Shown: positions 37,790 to 51,139, numbered from the whole stretch's first letter. The stretch: 57,197 nt of DNA, filler included, from Dugesia japonica (GCA_001938525.1; 5 parts of 5 records of this genome joined end to end with filler, not necessarily neighbours in it); one strand, 5' to 3'. The notes: a model not told the origin generated them from the sequence alone. Program-made: numbers and translations.

Positions 37790-40259
37790 CAGTGGTTCTT
37801 AACCGTTGTTCCGCGGAACACTGGTGATCCACGAAACATGGGAAAGTGTTTCGCCAAAATTTAAAATTCAGTAAAAGTAAATATCAAATTTTGTGTACAT
37901 AATACTATTAACTACTTCTACCATACGTAATAATAGTGTTTAGCATAGTAAGTTGTCAGAATTGTTAGTAATGTAATAGATTACTTTTATTAGAATATAG
38001 TAATCTTTTGCGCGTAGTATTAGTCAAATAACAGCAACTGTCATGTTTGGACGCGTTTCTTGCAAAACAGTTTAGTTTGGTTCGACTAATTTAGTTATTA
38101 TTAGTAGTAAATTTTCAATACAGATTTTTTTATGATACTATTTTAATATAAAAAGAAATCATGATTTCTGCACTAATAGTTCCGGTGCTAGTACCAGCAC
38201 AGATAACATTCAAAATAAAATAAAATAAATTAATAGGCAACACTCAAAAGAATATTTAGAATTTCGATTCACAGTCTCCGATGAGTAAATGATTGCCCTG
38301 TTCCTGTATGCTTAGTTTGTGGGGAAAAAATTCCAACAGTTCGATGATACCGGCTAAATTAAAACGACATTTCACATCGAAACATGCAACTATTTAATCC
38401 AGAGACAAGAATCATTAAAAAGGCTTAAAAATCAAACAGACCAAGGCAATAAGTTTAAAAAACTAATGTTAGTATCTAACAAAGCACAAATTGCGTCATA
38501 TAAGATAGCAGAAATTATAGCAAAACATTTAAAATCACGTACCATAGCAGAAAATCTGATTTTACCAGCATGTTCTGAAATTGTTCAAATTATGTTGGTG
38601 ATGAGGCAAAAAAGAAATTGTGCAAATTTCTCTTTCGGACGACACAACTAACAAAGAATTTTGTATATTTCAAGTGATATTGAGAAAAAAGTTAATAAAA
38701 AAACCTTCAGAACAATATTTTGCTTTCAAAATTGATGAGTCCACTGACATCAGTGTTATAGCTCACCTGATAGGATTGGTTCGCATTATTAATAAAAGTG
38801 AAATAGTGAATCAATTTTTATGCTGCAGATAACTTATTAAAAGCACAACAGGAAATGATATTTTTGAATCTATTTTGTCATATTTGGATAAATTTCCAAT
38901 AATATAGGACAAATGTGTAGGAATCTACACGGATCGTGCACCTTCAATGGTCAGCTCTATTAAAGAATTTATTGCTTGCACGAAAAAGTAAAACAAGAAC
39001 ATCATATCGACACACTGTTTTTTACATCGAGAATCGCTCATATCAAAAACTATACCTGCCACATTGAAATCAGTGTTGGACCAGGAGGTAAACATGGTAA
39101 ATTACATAAAATTGCGACCTTTACAGACACGTTTATTTAAAACTTTGTGCGTCGATGGACACTCAGCACTAATCTTTACTTCTGCACACTGAAGTAAATT
39201 GGTCATCGCTGGGCAAAGTGCTGAACCAAATTCTAGAACTTAAGAATGAATTATCTGAGTTTTTTGAAAATGAAGGCAACGATTCTTTTAAAACTTATCT
39301 TGCAAACTATATTTGATGTCATAAAATGGCATATTTGGCAGATATTTTAAATTATTAAAATACCGTGAATTCAAGTATGCAAGATAGCAATGAAAATATT
39401 TTACCATCCACTAATAAATTGTCAGCATTTCAAAAATGAATTTCGTATTGGAGAACGCGCATGATTCCAAAAATGATAATACATATGTTTCCTTCAATCG
39501 AAAATCAAAACACCAATATCAATTAAACAATTTCTATTATTATCAAACATATGGAATTATTAGAAGAAAATGTTGCAAAGTATTTCTACGAATTAAATGT
39601 TGAATAGTATTATTGTGTACGAAATCCATTTTTGTTAGTCAACACATCAAGTTATGAATTTTCGTTGAAATAAGAGGAAGAATTTATTACATTATCAACA
39701 GATCATTCTCCTAAAGTGACATTTTATGATTTAACAGTTGAAGAATTTTGAATTTCTGTTCAAACCGAATTCAAAACCATTTTAGAAAACTCCATTACGA
39801 TTTTCCACTCTTACCAATATAAAATCTAAAAAACATGAACGATTAAAAAATGTAGAAGAAGAAATGCATGCGGCAATTTCACACATAAGACATGACATTG
39901 AAGAAATTTTCAAAAATGATCAACCTCAATTATCCTATTAAACTCATTAAGGTCGTTTACGTATAAAGATTTAATTTAAAAAACTCTTACTTTTATGTAT
40001 TATGTAACAACGTGATTTTCAATAAATTCTTTATAAAAAGAAAAATTAATTGTTCTTTATTTCAGAATTTAATTTTGTTAAATTTCTACACTAAATGTAT
40101 TAAAATAGCACTTCAAATTGTATCTGTTTAAAACTTTCCACTGAAAGGAGAGATACACCCTCCCTTTACCATTCACTAAGATGCTAAGCATATTGTGTTC
40201 CGCCAAAATTTTTGAAACTATAAAGTGTTCCAGTTCTACCAAAAGATTAAGAACCACTG
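37790..40259 (+). mobile_element. Full-length hAT Buster/Charlie-type DNA transposon with decayed transposase (~38130-39940)
   Basis: TIRs CAGTGGTTCTTAA / TTAAGAACCACTG; 8-bp TSD TACTAGGT/TACTAGGC; BED-like CLVCGE..KLKRHFTSKH; IDESTDI; THCFLHRESL. Confidence 0.95.
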
Positions 40260-40547
40260 TACTAGGCGATTGCAATAATTGTCAATATTAAGGTCATAAA
40301 ACAAACAAATTGTCAAAACCTGATAAATTTAAATTCTAACGAAAATAACGGCAATAGCATTAGAGCTAATCGCTCAATATATAATTTACAAAATTCAATA
40401 TTTTTATAAATATTAATATTTTGTCATATTTATGAATAATTTGTCATATCTGTTTTTTAGCATATTATTAGTGTGTTTAAATATATCATAATATTGATGT
40501 AATTTGAATATTTTCTTGAAAATATCTTTTCAAACAATATTCATTAA

Positions 40548-40779
40548 CCCTTAAATGCCCTAAGTTACAAATTTGATACCGGACTTTAAAATCGAATTGT
40601 CCACTTGCAATGGGATTGTTTTTAATATTTTACTGTATGTATGTTACCATTACATAATGCTCTTTTTTTCGAAATAAATATATAAAAAAATTATTCAATT
40701 ATTTTNCCCTTTATCTGGCTACTGCAATAAATACATTGATATTTTTTTAATTTAATTTGGAAAATTAGGCTTCTAAGGG
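40548..40779. mobile_element. piggyBac-like MITE
   Basis: TTAA|CCCTTA...TAAGGG|TTAA. Confidence 0.7.
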
Positions 40780-40842
40780 TTAAATTATGCATAATTATTT
40801 ACAAGTACTAAAATAATTCATGTGATTATTAAAAGAATTTAC

Positions 40843-40953
40843 TTTTTTCTTTGCATCACGCTGACAGTTATTCAGATTTTTGTGATCCGTAAATTTTGTA
40901 CACTTTGTAGCAAACATTGTAACATCGAATTCAAAAAGCCAACTATCATGTTT
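40843..40953 (-). CDS. Cystatin-like gene, exon 2
   Basis: AG/GT bounded, 111 bp, phase 0-0; KHDSWLFEFDVTMFATKCTKFTDHKNLNNCQRDAKKK versus cystatin C [22 protein letters not shown]. Confidence 0.75.
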
Positions 40954-41783
40954 CTAATGAAAAATATATATTTTTATGAAATTATTTCTAATATAATATA
41001 TCAAAATTTTAATTCATCTAAATAATTTCGAAATAATTGTTATTATTTTCGATATAATTTCAGAAAATATTTTATTAATCTTATTAATTTTAAATATAGC
41101 TGTTTATTTGTGTATTTATTTGAATATATGTTGATTTGTAAAATAATGAAAATTTAATTTGAAACTTAAAAAACAAATTTTCTTACAAATAAAAATTTAA
41201 TTTTCACCTGTTTATTTTCATAATGAGAATAATCATTTCCCGAATCAAATCAATATTAATGCAAAGATATTCTTTCAAACTTTTATTTAAATTGATAATT
41301 TATTGTTTTTTTTTGGATTTCTCAAATTACTCTTAAAATTTCATTAAAATACAATTATAAAAATTTATTTTACCTTCTTTTTCAAATTGATTATTATTTA
41401 AAAAATTAGCATTTTATAATTAATAAAATATTTCAATAATAAATTGATATTGTTGTATTATTTAATTATTAATTATATGTTACAATTTTATATTTTAAAT
41501 TTCTTTTTTAATTTTAATAAAATTTATGCATAGTACAATTAGTTGTTTTTTAATAATACATTTTTATTAAATATTAATTTATAATAAGAATTTAAAATAA
41601 AACTTTATTGTTAAATATTTCGAAATGAAATGATTAAAATTAATTCAATTATTAATTATTTTTTCAATTAAGAATTTTTCATTTTAAATTGGTTTTTATA
41701 TTTGAATTTTATCTATTTTCCTGTTCAGATTTTCTTGATAAAATATTTATTATTGTTATTATTATTATATTTATTATTATTAC

Positions 41784-41820
<37 letters not shown>

Positions 41821-41999
41821 GTTATTATTTTTTAATATTATTTTTTATTATTATTAATATTTGTAATTATTACTATTATTATTAATATTATAATTATTAT
41901 TTATAATTGTTATTATTATTGATTAGAATTATTTATTATTGTTATTATTATTATTATTAATATTTATTATTATTAAATGACTTAACACGCTATTTGATT

Positions 42000-43420
42000 A
42001 AATATTTATTTATTACAACAATTTTGGAAGATATATCTGTCATCTTCAGGCAAACTGTTTAAAACTAAGAATAGAATATATATACTTAAATTCCGCATTA
42101 TTAATAAATTATGTAATAGTCTCAATAAAATTCCAATTAATTAAAGACATTCAATAAAAATTTATTGACACCAATTTGAACATAAATTTTTGTATCATAT
42201 GATCTAATCATCAATGCTTCGCACATGATTCTTTTCAAATAATCTTTAACATTTCTGCTCAGAATTTTGAAATTATTAATATTTATAACTGATTTAACTG
42301 AATATTATGTTCTGCAATATTACTACAACTACCTAACCGACTACATTCCTGAATTCTTTGACAGAGATGACTGGAAGTCTCTCCAATGTATGTAGCATTA
42401 TACCCATTACACTTATATTTATAAATAAGATTTGAAAACAATCCATCAGGAGTCTTAGACTTATTACTGAACGTACTTATAATTTTAAAAGACCGGGACA
42501 CAATCTTAAAATTTGGAAGATTTACTGAATATTTTAGAAAACCATTTTTAAAATCTTCCAAGTCCTCGGAATACGGAATATTTAAAAAATAACAACTTTT
42601 ATCGATATTATTAGATTTATCTGGATCTTTAATAACATTTTCATCATTTAAATTATCATTCGTGTTTAGAATCATTTTATCAATCGTTTCGTACGTTAAT
42701 CTTTCTACAACTGATTTAGAATATCCATTTTTATTTTACCAATAACTCAAAGTTTGAATATTTATACACGAATTCAAAAAAGAAGAATAGAGAGTCCAAA
42801 ATCTATAAATTAACCTTTAATAATATTAAATTTAAGCCAAAATTAACATAAACTACCAGGTGTTATATATAAACCAGTATCAGTTGGCTTTCGATAGATT
42901 TCTGTCTCATAATGGTCAGATTTTCGTTCTATTAATAATTCATTAAAAGGAAGTTTACCAATACGTTCCATTTCAGTTGTGAACTTCATATTCGAGTGTA
43001 AAAAATTCACATAAAGAATTCATGTGAGAAGCATTGCTGATTAGGTCATATGATCCAAAATTAATGTTCAAACTGGTGTTTCTAAATCTTTATTAAATGT
43101 CTTTAATTAATTGGAATTTCATTAAGACATAATCGATTGCATAAATTCTGTGCAGAAATTTTAAAGATTATTGGAAATAATCATGTGCGAATCATTGATG
43201 ATTAGATTATATGATTCAAAAATTTATGTTCAAATTGGTGTCAATAAATCTTTATTGAATGTCTTTAATTAATTGGAATTTTATTGAAACTATTACATAA
43301 TCAATTGCATAATGCGGAACTTAAGTATATATACTCTACTCTTAGTTTTAAACAGTTTGCCTGAAGATGATAGATATACTGTCGAAACTGATTGTAATAA
43401 ATAAATATTTAATTAAATGG
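42000..43420 (-). mobile_element. Penelope-like element (RT thumb plus GIY-YIG fragment) with inverted and partially tandem terminal repeat
   Basis: YRKPTDTGLY; LIYKYKCNGYNATYIGETSSHL; ~42000-42270 is the reverse complement of ~43140-43420. Confidence 0.9.
43357..43397 (+). ncRNA. Hammerhead ribozyme in the PLE terminal repeat (degenerate inverted copy at 42013-42053, minus)
   Basis: TTGC-CTGAAGA-T-GATAG atata CTGTC-GAAA-CTGA-TT-GTAA. Confidence 0.75.
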
Positions 43421-43696
43421 CGTTTTAAATTTTAATGAAAAAATTTCCATTATTCTTTAACTTTTTGGATTATTATTATTATTATTATTATTATTATAAT
43501 TATTAGTATTATCTTATTAAATCAATATAATTGTCTGATTAAAAAAAATAATTAAAATTTCTGCTCTTGTGACCAACGGAAAATATGTATGTTTTGTTTA
43601 GTTAGCATGTTATTAATATAATTCTTGTATATATATAATCTGAAAAATATTAAAAATTAAAACGTTTGAAATTAGTAATAATCAATAAATAATAAC

Positions 43697-43888
43697 TTCT
43701 TTGCGAATATAATGAACATAATACGGTGCGAATATTTGTTTCTCATTACTGTTTGAATTATATCTATTAATAGCTTCTTTGTATATTGTGAATAATTTCA
43801 TATCATTTTTCAATTCAGATTTGTCAACAATTTCAACTTTACAAAACGAGTAACCAAATGAATACAATAAAATTAATATATAAAACAT
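43697..43888 (-). CDS. Cystatin-like secreted protein, exon 1
   Basis: Signal peptide MFYILILLYSFGYSFC; AINRYNSNSNEKQIF...VHYIRKE|GT with a phase-0 intron at the position of the cystatin Q|xVxG intron; TATAAAA upstream. Confidence 0.75.
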
Positions 43889-44399
43889 TATTAAAATTGG
43901 AAAACTGCTTCTGGCCGCATTTTTATATGAATACCTGTTTGGTATGTATTGAAATTTTATTTTTCCAAAATTATTGCATAAAATTTACAAAATTACAATT
44001 TCTAATTTCAATGTTTATTTTTTGTTGTTAAGGAATAAATATTATTTTATTTGAATTTTTACGCAAAATTGTCACAAACTTAATGGGTTGAGAAAATTCT
44101 TTTTGATTTAATAGAAATAAATATCAGGTTTGATTTTTGAAATGATAAAATATTTTCAAAAGACGTTTTTACGAAAAAAAATATCGCGATTTTTTAATTT
44201 GTATATTTCTTTGAGATATCTGAGATAATTTTATTGAAGTGCCCCATAGGAATAATTGACATTTCTTTGTGGAAACGATTTTTATTCAATTTTTTTGGTC
44301 ATTTAAAAAACCATGGTATATTAGAAAAAGATATAAATCATAAATCATTTTGACTATTGGTTCGTTAAAACCTTTAAATGAATAAGCTAAATTATTAAG

Positions 44400-45818
44400 T
44401 TCAAACATTACTTATATGGGAAATGATTTATCCTTAGAACAGACCATAAGGCTATAACTTTTATGCTAAATACCAAGAAGCCGATCACATCACAGTTTCA
44501 AACCTGGATTAATTATTTGAGCAGTTTAGATATAAANNNNNNNNNNNNNNNNNNNNNNNNNNNNNNNNNNNNGGATATGTTGTCAAGGAATGAATGCAGT
44601 ACATTTGCACAATGTCTAATGTCACATGAAGATCCAAAAAGTGGAAAATTAAAAACAAGGATGTTAAATACAGCAGATATTCAAGAGAAACAAGGCAATT
44701 TTGGTGAGAATGATGAGGGAACACGGATACCTGATGATAAAGTAGAAGAGGTTATAATGATGATACACCATCTTTTGTGTCATGCTGGAGCAGAAAAGNN
44801 NNNNNNNNNNNNNNNNNNNNNNNNNNNNNNNNNNNNNNNNNNNNNNNNATAACAGAAAGCTAAAGTGTTGACAACAAAAATGACACAGCCAAAAGGTTTG
44901 AGTTGTTATTTATAGATGTGTGTGGACCACTGCAGGAGACGAAGGGTCGAAAAAGATATTTTCTCGGTATAATAGATCAATGCAGTAAGTATATAGCCTT
45001 GATAGCAATGATAAAACAAGATGAAGATTCCATAAGGAAAACAATAATGGAGTGCATATTAAAGTTCGAGTGTCCGAGAGAAATGAGAGTTGATTGCGGA
45101 AGAGCATTTGAGCATCAATTAATGAAAGATTTTATAGCTGAACATGGAATTATCCTCAGAATTTTGAGTCCGTATCATCACTTATGGACAAATCGGGAGG
45201 CAGTTTAGGACTATGCCAGATTTGATAAATGCGACACTTAAAAAAAGGAAAACCTCAGATTGGGCTGATGTATTATCGGAGACAAAATTTACCTTGAATG
45301 CTACAAAACAGAAGACTATCGGGAAAAGGCCTGCTGAAATCATATTTGGAAAGAAAATAAGCAGAGAAAAATGGTACCAAACAAATACTCAGAGTGAACA
45401 TAGAGCAAGATGAAACTAACCAAAAGACAATTCACGGTTGGTGATGAGGTCTTAGAAACAAGAATGTTTTGAAGGACCCTATAAGATCAAAGGAAATGTT
45501 CCCAACATACGTTATACCCTGGAAGATAAAAACAAGAAAAGTCTCGAAAGAAACGTAGAGAAGATTACAAAATTTCTTAAAAAGGGGAATGTGAGTGTGT
45601 TTTGAAAAGCGAGTTAAAATTTTGTGATTGGTGATCATTTTTCTTAAAACATGTTATTTAAAAAGATTTAAACAAAAAGATTTATATAATAAATTAAAAT
45701 TTTGAATGAACGATTATTTGGTTTTAAATTTTGAATGACGATTTAATAATAAAGTAAAATTTTTAAATAACTTAAAATAAATTTTAAATATTTTGAAAAA
45801 TGATCACCAATTAAAACA
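44400..45818 (+). mobile_element. Gypsy 3' half: RNase H end, integrase, PPT and 3' LTR (45590-45818)
   Basis: LRTDHKAITFM; HHLLCHAG; FIDVCGPL...IIDQCSKY; VDCGRAFE; AAAGGGGAA|TGTGAG...AAAACA. Confidence 0.9.
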
Positions 45819-46282
45819 TGGGATTTTAATTTGTTTGAATAAGCAAATAGTGTTAGTTATAGTTTTGTTTTGTGAATACATTTTATATGGAATTGAATTT
45901 TGACATTGATGATCCTATGAGTACTTTAAACTCATATAAAAAAAATGTTATTATCAATGTCAAGTATTTTTACTGGCAACTATGCCAAAATCAATGCGTA
46001 AACTAGAAAGAAATACGAATCAATAATTATAAAATAAAAATAATGTTGGGATTCCACCTGAGTTAGTAACGGAAAATGCACGGCTGGGGAAAATCAGCCC
46101 TCAGTGGACCCTTTCAAGAATTTAATCTAATGTCCCAAGATTAAATATTCAGCGTAGAGTGGTTGACCTTCAACTTAATGCGAGGTTCACACTCGTACAC
46201 TTTTGGTTCGGGTTCATAATTATTTCCCTAGTACCCAAAAAAAATAAACACTAGATTACTAATAAATTTTATTGTTTCTAAA

Positions 46283-46546
46283 TTACATGCCATCTAGAGC
46301 ACCCGGGTCTAACCACTGGGTCGGCTCATCTGGTAAAAATTCGAACAACACTGTATCGTCATTATCATCCCAGTTGAGGTATGCAGCATTACCCAGCTGG
46401 CGCGACAGGTCGGCAATATAGTGCTTCAAGAATTCAACTTTGTGCTGAAGGAGCTGTTTCGTGCTCTCAGCTAAATCATTCTGTTTCTTTACAATCATGT
46501 CCAACCGCTGTATCAGTTTATTGCGTTGGGTTAAATGATGGAGCAA
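46283..46546 (-). CDS. Orphan ORF, predicted coiled coil plus acidic tail (start uncertain)
   Basis: Open frame in a GC-richer island; AATAAA just after the stop; TATATAGA upstream. Confidence 0.4.
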   Translation of the reverse strand: MLHHLTQRNKLIQRLDMIVKKQNDLAESTKQLLQHKVEFLKHYIADLSRQLGNAAYLNWDDNDDTVLFEFLPDEPTQWLDPGALDGM

Positions 46547-46806
46547 AGTACGCTCGGATTGGCGCTTAAGATGTCTCTCGAGCAGAAGTTTCTATATAAA
46601 TCGGTGACACGGTCTTAGGTTACGGGGTAATTGAATACGTAGCACTAAAATGAGTGAAATATTAAAGATATAATAACAATGAACTATATTAGTCCTAATC
46701 TTGGACGACAACAATTTTATTTTAATTTAAAAGAAATAGACGAGTGAACACGAAGTCATAACAACATGAAAAAGGTTTATTCACAGAGTCATATAATCAC
46801 AGATAA

Positions 46807-47160
46807 CTATGGCCGTTGAGTTTGGGTACTTTTCTTTATCATCAAGGGTTCTAGAGGCATTTTCTCCTTGAGATGCAAGATGTAGCTAACCAGTTTATTC
46901 TCTCGGTCATGGTGGGACCGGATAATTTCCGCGAAGGACTTGAGTTGTTTTTTCCATATACGTTCTTGCATGTGGTAGGCTTCGGCTTCCTTTTTAAAGG
47001 CGATACATTTTTTCTTGTACCGAAGAACTTTACTATTCGCGGTGGCCATCTCCGCCTCCCATCGACGTTTCGCGAGGCGATAGAGGTCCAAAGTCATTTC
47101 GTGATCCTCTCTGGCATCTCTCATCCTTTTGGTTGGAGTTCGGTTCAATGGTGAATGCAC
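46807..47160 (-). CDS. Orphan coiled-coil ORF (possibly spliced at the 5' end)
   Basis: 117-aa open frame; ttttgtAG immediately upstream; AATAAA downstream. Confidence 0.45.
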   Translation of the reverse strand: MHSPLNRTPTKRMRDAREDHEMTLDLYRLAKRRWEAEMATANSKVLRYKKKCIAFKKEAEAYHMQERIWKKQLKSFAEIIRSHHDRENKLVSYILHLKEKMPLEPLMIKKSTQTQRP

Positions 47161-47357
47161 TACAAAATATATAGTATAGAAATTGGTAATTAATTTTTAA
47201 TATTTCAACTAAGGTGAGTCAGTTAAAAAGACCGAATAATCAAATTACGGAATCAAAAGAAGTGGACTTTATCAGTTAAGAGAAAAGGAAGTTAAAATTG
47301 CTTAACACATTTATTACATATTTAGTCAATAAACAACCCAAAGAAAAATTATTGTCT

Positions 47358-47768
47358 TTATGTATCAGAGCTTGGTACATTGTTTTCTGATTCACCTCCA
47401 CTGACGAGGTTCATTAGATCCCATAAGGTGTTACCTATGTCTATAGTGAACCTAGTATTCCGTGGTAGGTGGGTGACTGACACAGGCACCAGTGACGGAC
47501 CGTCCTGACACGTACTAGTAACTTGATTGGTCACGGAAGTTATGGTGGTAACACGATGCAGCACTTCTTGGGTGCAATCGGGGCCGCTCCATTGATAAAA
47601 AGCTTGGCGTTCCGCCGCAGCTCATTTTCGTTCATTTTCTGCGTCCGGGGCGGGCATATTTGAATAGTCGGCGAAGACTCCCGCGTTACGATCATGAGGG
47701 TTCCAGTATCTGCGAAATACCACCCTATTAGATCAACTGTCGAACAACGTTTCCCATACGTATTCCAT
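47358..47768 (-). pseudogene. Orphan ORF with two in-frame TGA
   Basis: MEYVWETLFDS*SNRVVFRRYWNPHDRNAGVFADYSNMPAPDAENERK*AAAERQAFYQWSGPDCTQEVLHRV... continuous with ORF 47358..47564. Confidence 0.45.
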
Positions 47769-49408
47769 TTCTGTTATTTAAATAATCTAAGAAACAAAAT
47801 ATACAAATCAATACGGAATGTTTATAATTTATGAACAAAAAAAATTCATTTTATTGTTGGGATTGAGTCCACCAATAAAACAAGACACGCATAACATCAT
47901 AACATCCTCAATTAGATCATCAAAACATGCATAACATAACATCATAACATCCTCAATCAGATCATCAAAACCTCGAGCAGATCCCTAGAAGATCAGCCCA
48001 ACAATCNNNNNNNNNNNNNNNNNNNNNNNNNNNNNNNNNNNNNNNNNNNNNNNNNNNNNNNNNNNNNNNNNNNNNNATTATTTTGTGATCATTAACTCAA
48101 TCAATTATTTTATCTTGACATTAATTCAATTGACTTGTGTGATTATTTGAATGTTTATTTATGAATTTATATGTTCAAAAAATTCTACTTTAAATTTTAT
48201 AAGTAGTATTAATTTATATCTAAAAAGAAAATAAAAAATTAATGCTGAGTATAAAAAATGGAAATATTATTTGTAAAATTTNNNNNNNNNNNNNNNNNNN
48301 NNNNNNNNNNNNNNNNNNNNNNNNNTTAATTAATTAANNNNNNNNNNNNNNNNNNNNNNNNNNNNNNNNNNNNNNNNNNNNAAAGAATTGGTATGTTTAT
48401 GAATTATTATAATATTTTTATAAATATTTACGTTTTTCAATAACGAACCTATATAGCTCTCTAGTATAAATAGAGAGCGTAATCTCATTTTTACCACCAT
48501 TGTTTCCAATTCACAACCGAGGCAAAAATCTTAACGATTGCATTCATTGTTATTTATTGTTTTGTAAACTTTGACAATATAATTTAAAAGTAAATTTGAA
48601 TTTTATTTGAATAAGGAATACTATATACTTTATATATAATTAATATCATTGTATCTATATTAAACATATTAAGACATATAGACTCAATTATATACTTTAG
48701 TATATTGGGATTATTTTGATTAGGTAATATTTAAATTCACGCACTGTTGATTTATCTTGGTCAAATCCCCCAAGGTATCTCAACAAGTACTTGTAAGTAG
48801 TAAAAAGGTGTTAAAATAAAATTTCCTTCGGGAAACACGGGTATGGATGTAAAAGTAATTAATTATAGGTGATTATAAAATTTAAATAAATTTTTCTGTG
48901 AGGTGAGTGTGACATAATAATTTTTAAAATATGTTGATTTTAAATAAAATGATGAATAAAAATACTGATATAATTGAAAATATTGGTTTTCTGAAAAAGA
49001 TGTATTTTTTGAGCAGACTTTATATTTATGTATGGGATAGAACAGTCTTTATATTTTGGCAGTAGGTGGGACTATCATGATAAATATGTAGGAGATTGGG
49101 ACAGTTTCTATATTTTGCAAGGAATGGTGCAGTCTTGACATGTTTCTGGCAGTCTAGAATTACCAGGCACGTGTCGATGTGTGGCATCCCTATTGCATGT
49201 CTATTGCATTTATTATTACAACAACTACTTTTCTTTTCTTCTAAACTTTTATTTTCTGGGGGAAATTTAAAAATATTTTTTATAAGTTAATTAGTTTAAA
49301 TTATTAATTATTTCATGCATTGTTTCAGTAACAGTCTTGTTTTCTTTCCAAACCATTACTTTACATAGTCCACCATACAACAGTCCATAAGAAGAATCCA
49401 TAAAGGTC

Positions 49409-50330
49409 TGATAGCACACAATCGAGTCCGTTCATAATTGGACTTATCGACCAGTTTTCGTAGTTCTAACTGGGCTAAGTTCTCTTTATTAATGGAACCT
49501 TTAAACAACATTGACCATATTAATGGAACCTATTGAATTCAGAGTTAAGTAATGACGATAATTGGCTGACAAAGAAAGTCAGGAATCAAAATTGGCGAGA
49601 GACGCCTACAACAAGACCGGAAATGAAAGTTGCCAAGATGAGATCTCTGGCAAAACCTTATGAAGATAAAGAACATTTGTAACGCGTTGCTGGAAATGAA
49701 GATATTTACGCAATACAGAGAAAGAGTTATTCAAATGTGTTAAGAGAAGACCGAATTATTCATGAGTGACGAGCACAAAATCAGCCGTTAATTAATTTTA
49801 AAACCAATATTAATGTAAGATATAAAACCAAGAACAGAAATGTCAACGTATCAGAAAAAATACAACGAGAGAATGTCACAACCGGTGATTACAGAGACCA
49901 GAACACAGAGTTTATGTAGGAAACCGATAGTTTCGATGAAACAGATTGCAAGATGTCATTTTAACAGATGTACAGGATTATCTAAACCACAAGAAGAAAG
50001 ATTAAGAGAAGGACAATGTTATTGTTGTGGAGAACATGGACGTATGCGTTATCCATGTCTACTGAAAGATAAATGTTTGATATATGGGAAAGCTGGACAC
50101 AATTTCCGACAATGCTATCTTTTTCAAGGTCGATCTAATAGTGGAAATAATAAGATTCTATGCATCCAAGAGAAACAAGAGGTACAAACTGACGAAGATG
50201 ACAGCTTTGAAATGCATGATATTGTCAAAGAAAAAAACCAGAACAACTCCATTGCATACATTTCGTTAGTGGAGTTAGTTTAATAAGGGATAACTCGAAT
50301 CAAAATAATGAGGATAGAAGAGAGATGGGT
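49409..50330 (+). mobile_element. LTR retrotransposon 5' fragment (putative LTR 49409-49588, PBS-like TGGCG, gag zinc knuckles)
   Basis: TGAT...ATCA; CYCCGEHGRMRYPC and CLIYGKAGHNFRQC. Confidence 0.65.
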
Positions 50331-51015
50331 ATTCTAAATTGTTTACGGATAAATTATTTTATGAAACATTGAATAAATTTAATAGTGACTTGCTTTGTGT
50401 TGATATATATGAGGTTGTAGAAACAGATCCTAAAATTGTTTTATCTGTACCTTATTCTAAAGGCTTTAAAAAATTTAAACTTTTGATTGAAAGTTCTCTT
50501 AAGAATATTTTAAATTTAAAGGTTGTATCTCAATCTCATAAGGTTATAAATATGTTCAATAATAAATCTATAACCCCTTTAGGCTAGTGCTCTGATCTGG
50601 TCTATCGATAAATGTAATGGGTGTAATGCTACATGCATTGTATAGACTTCCCGTCATCTCTGCACCAGAGTTCAAGAGCATAGTAAAAATAGTGGTAATA
50701 GTAATATTATTAAGCATCGGAGAACATTGAGAAAATTAATAGGGTGTTCTGATTTAAAAATTCTGTGCCGTGGAATTATTAATTATTGGGAGAGCGTGAT
50801 GTGTGAAGCTTTGTTGATAAGGGTAATAAATCTAAAATTAATGTTCAGTTGACAGATTCAACATCGCTCTTAAAATTATTTTATTGAATTTTTTTATTGA
50901 GATTGCCCAATTGAAACTATATAATCATTTAAACTTTGTAAAAAGTTTGTTTTAAACTTTCTTTTATTGCCTGATGATGACGGCTATTCCGTTGAAATTG
51001 ATCGCAAGTAAATAT
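50331..51015 (+). mobile_element. Penelope 3' fragment of the same family as 21300-22905
   Basis: Closely similar to ~22230-22905 (VVSQSHKVINMFNNKSITPLG and the 3' repeat). Confidence 0.95.
50967..51007 (+). ncRNA. Hammerhead ribozyme
   Basis: TTGC-CTGATGA-T-GACGG ctatt CCGTT-GAAA-TTGA-TC-GCAA. Confidence 0.8.
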
Positions 51016-51139
51016 TTTAAAAAATAATTAAAATAATTACAATTATGAAAATATAAAATTAAGCAATCAATATATTTATTGATTGTTTAATTTCATATTA
51101 TTATGATTGTAATTATTATAAGGTTGGTTAATTAATCTG

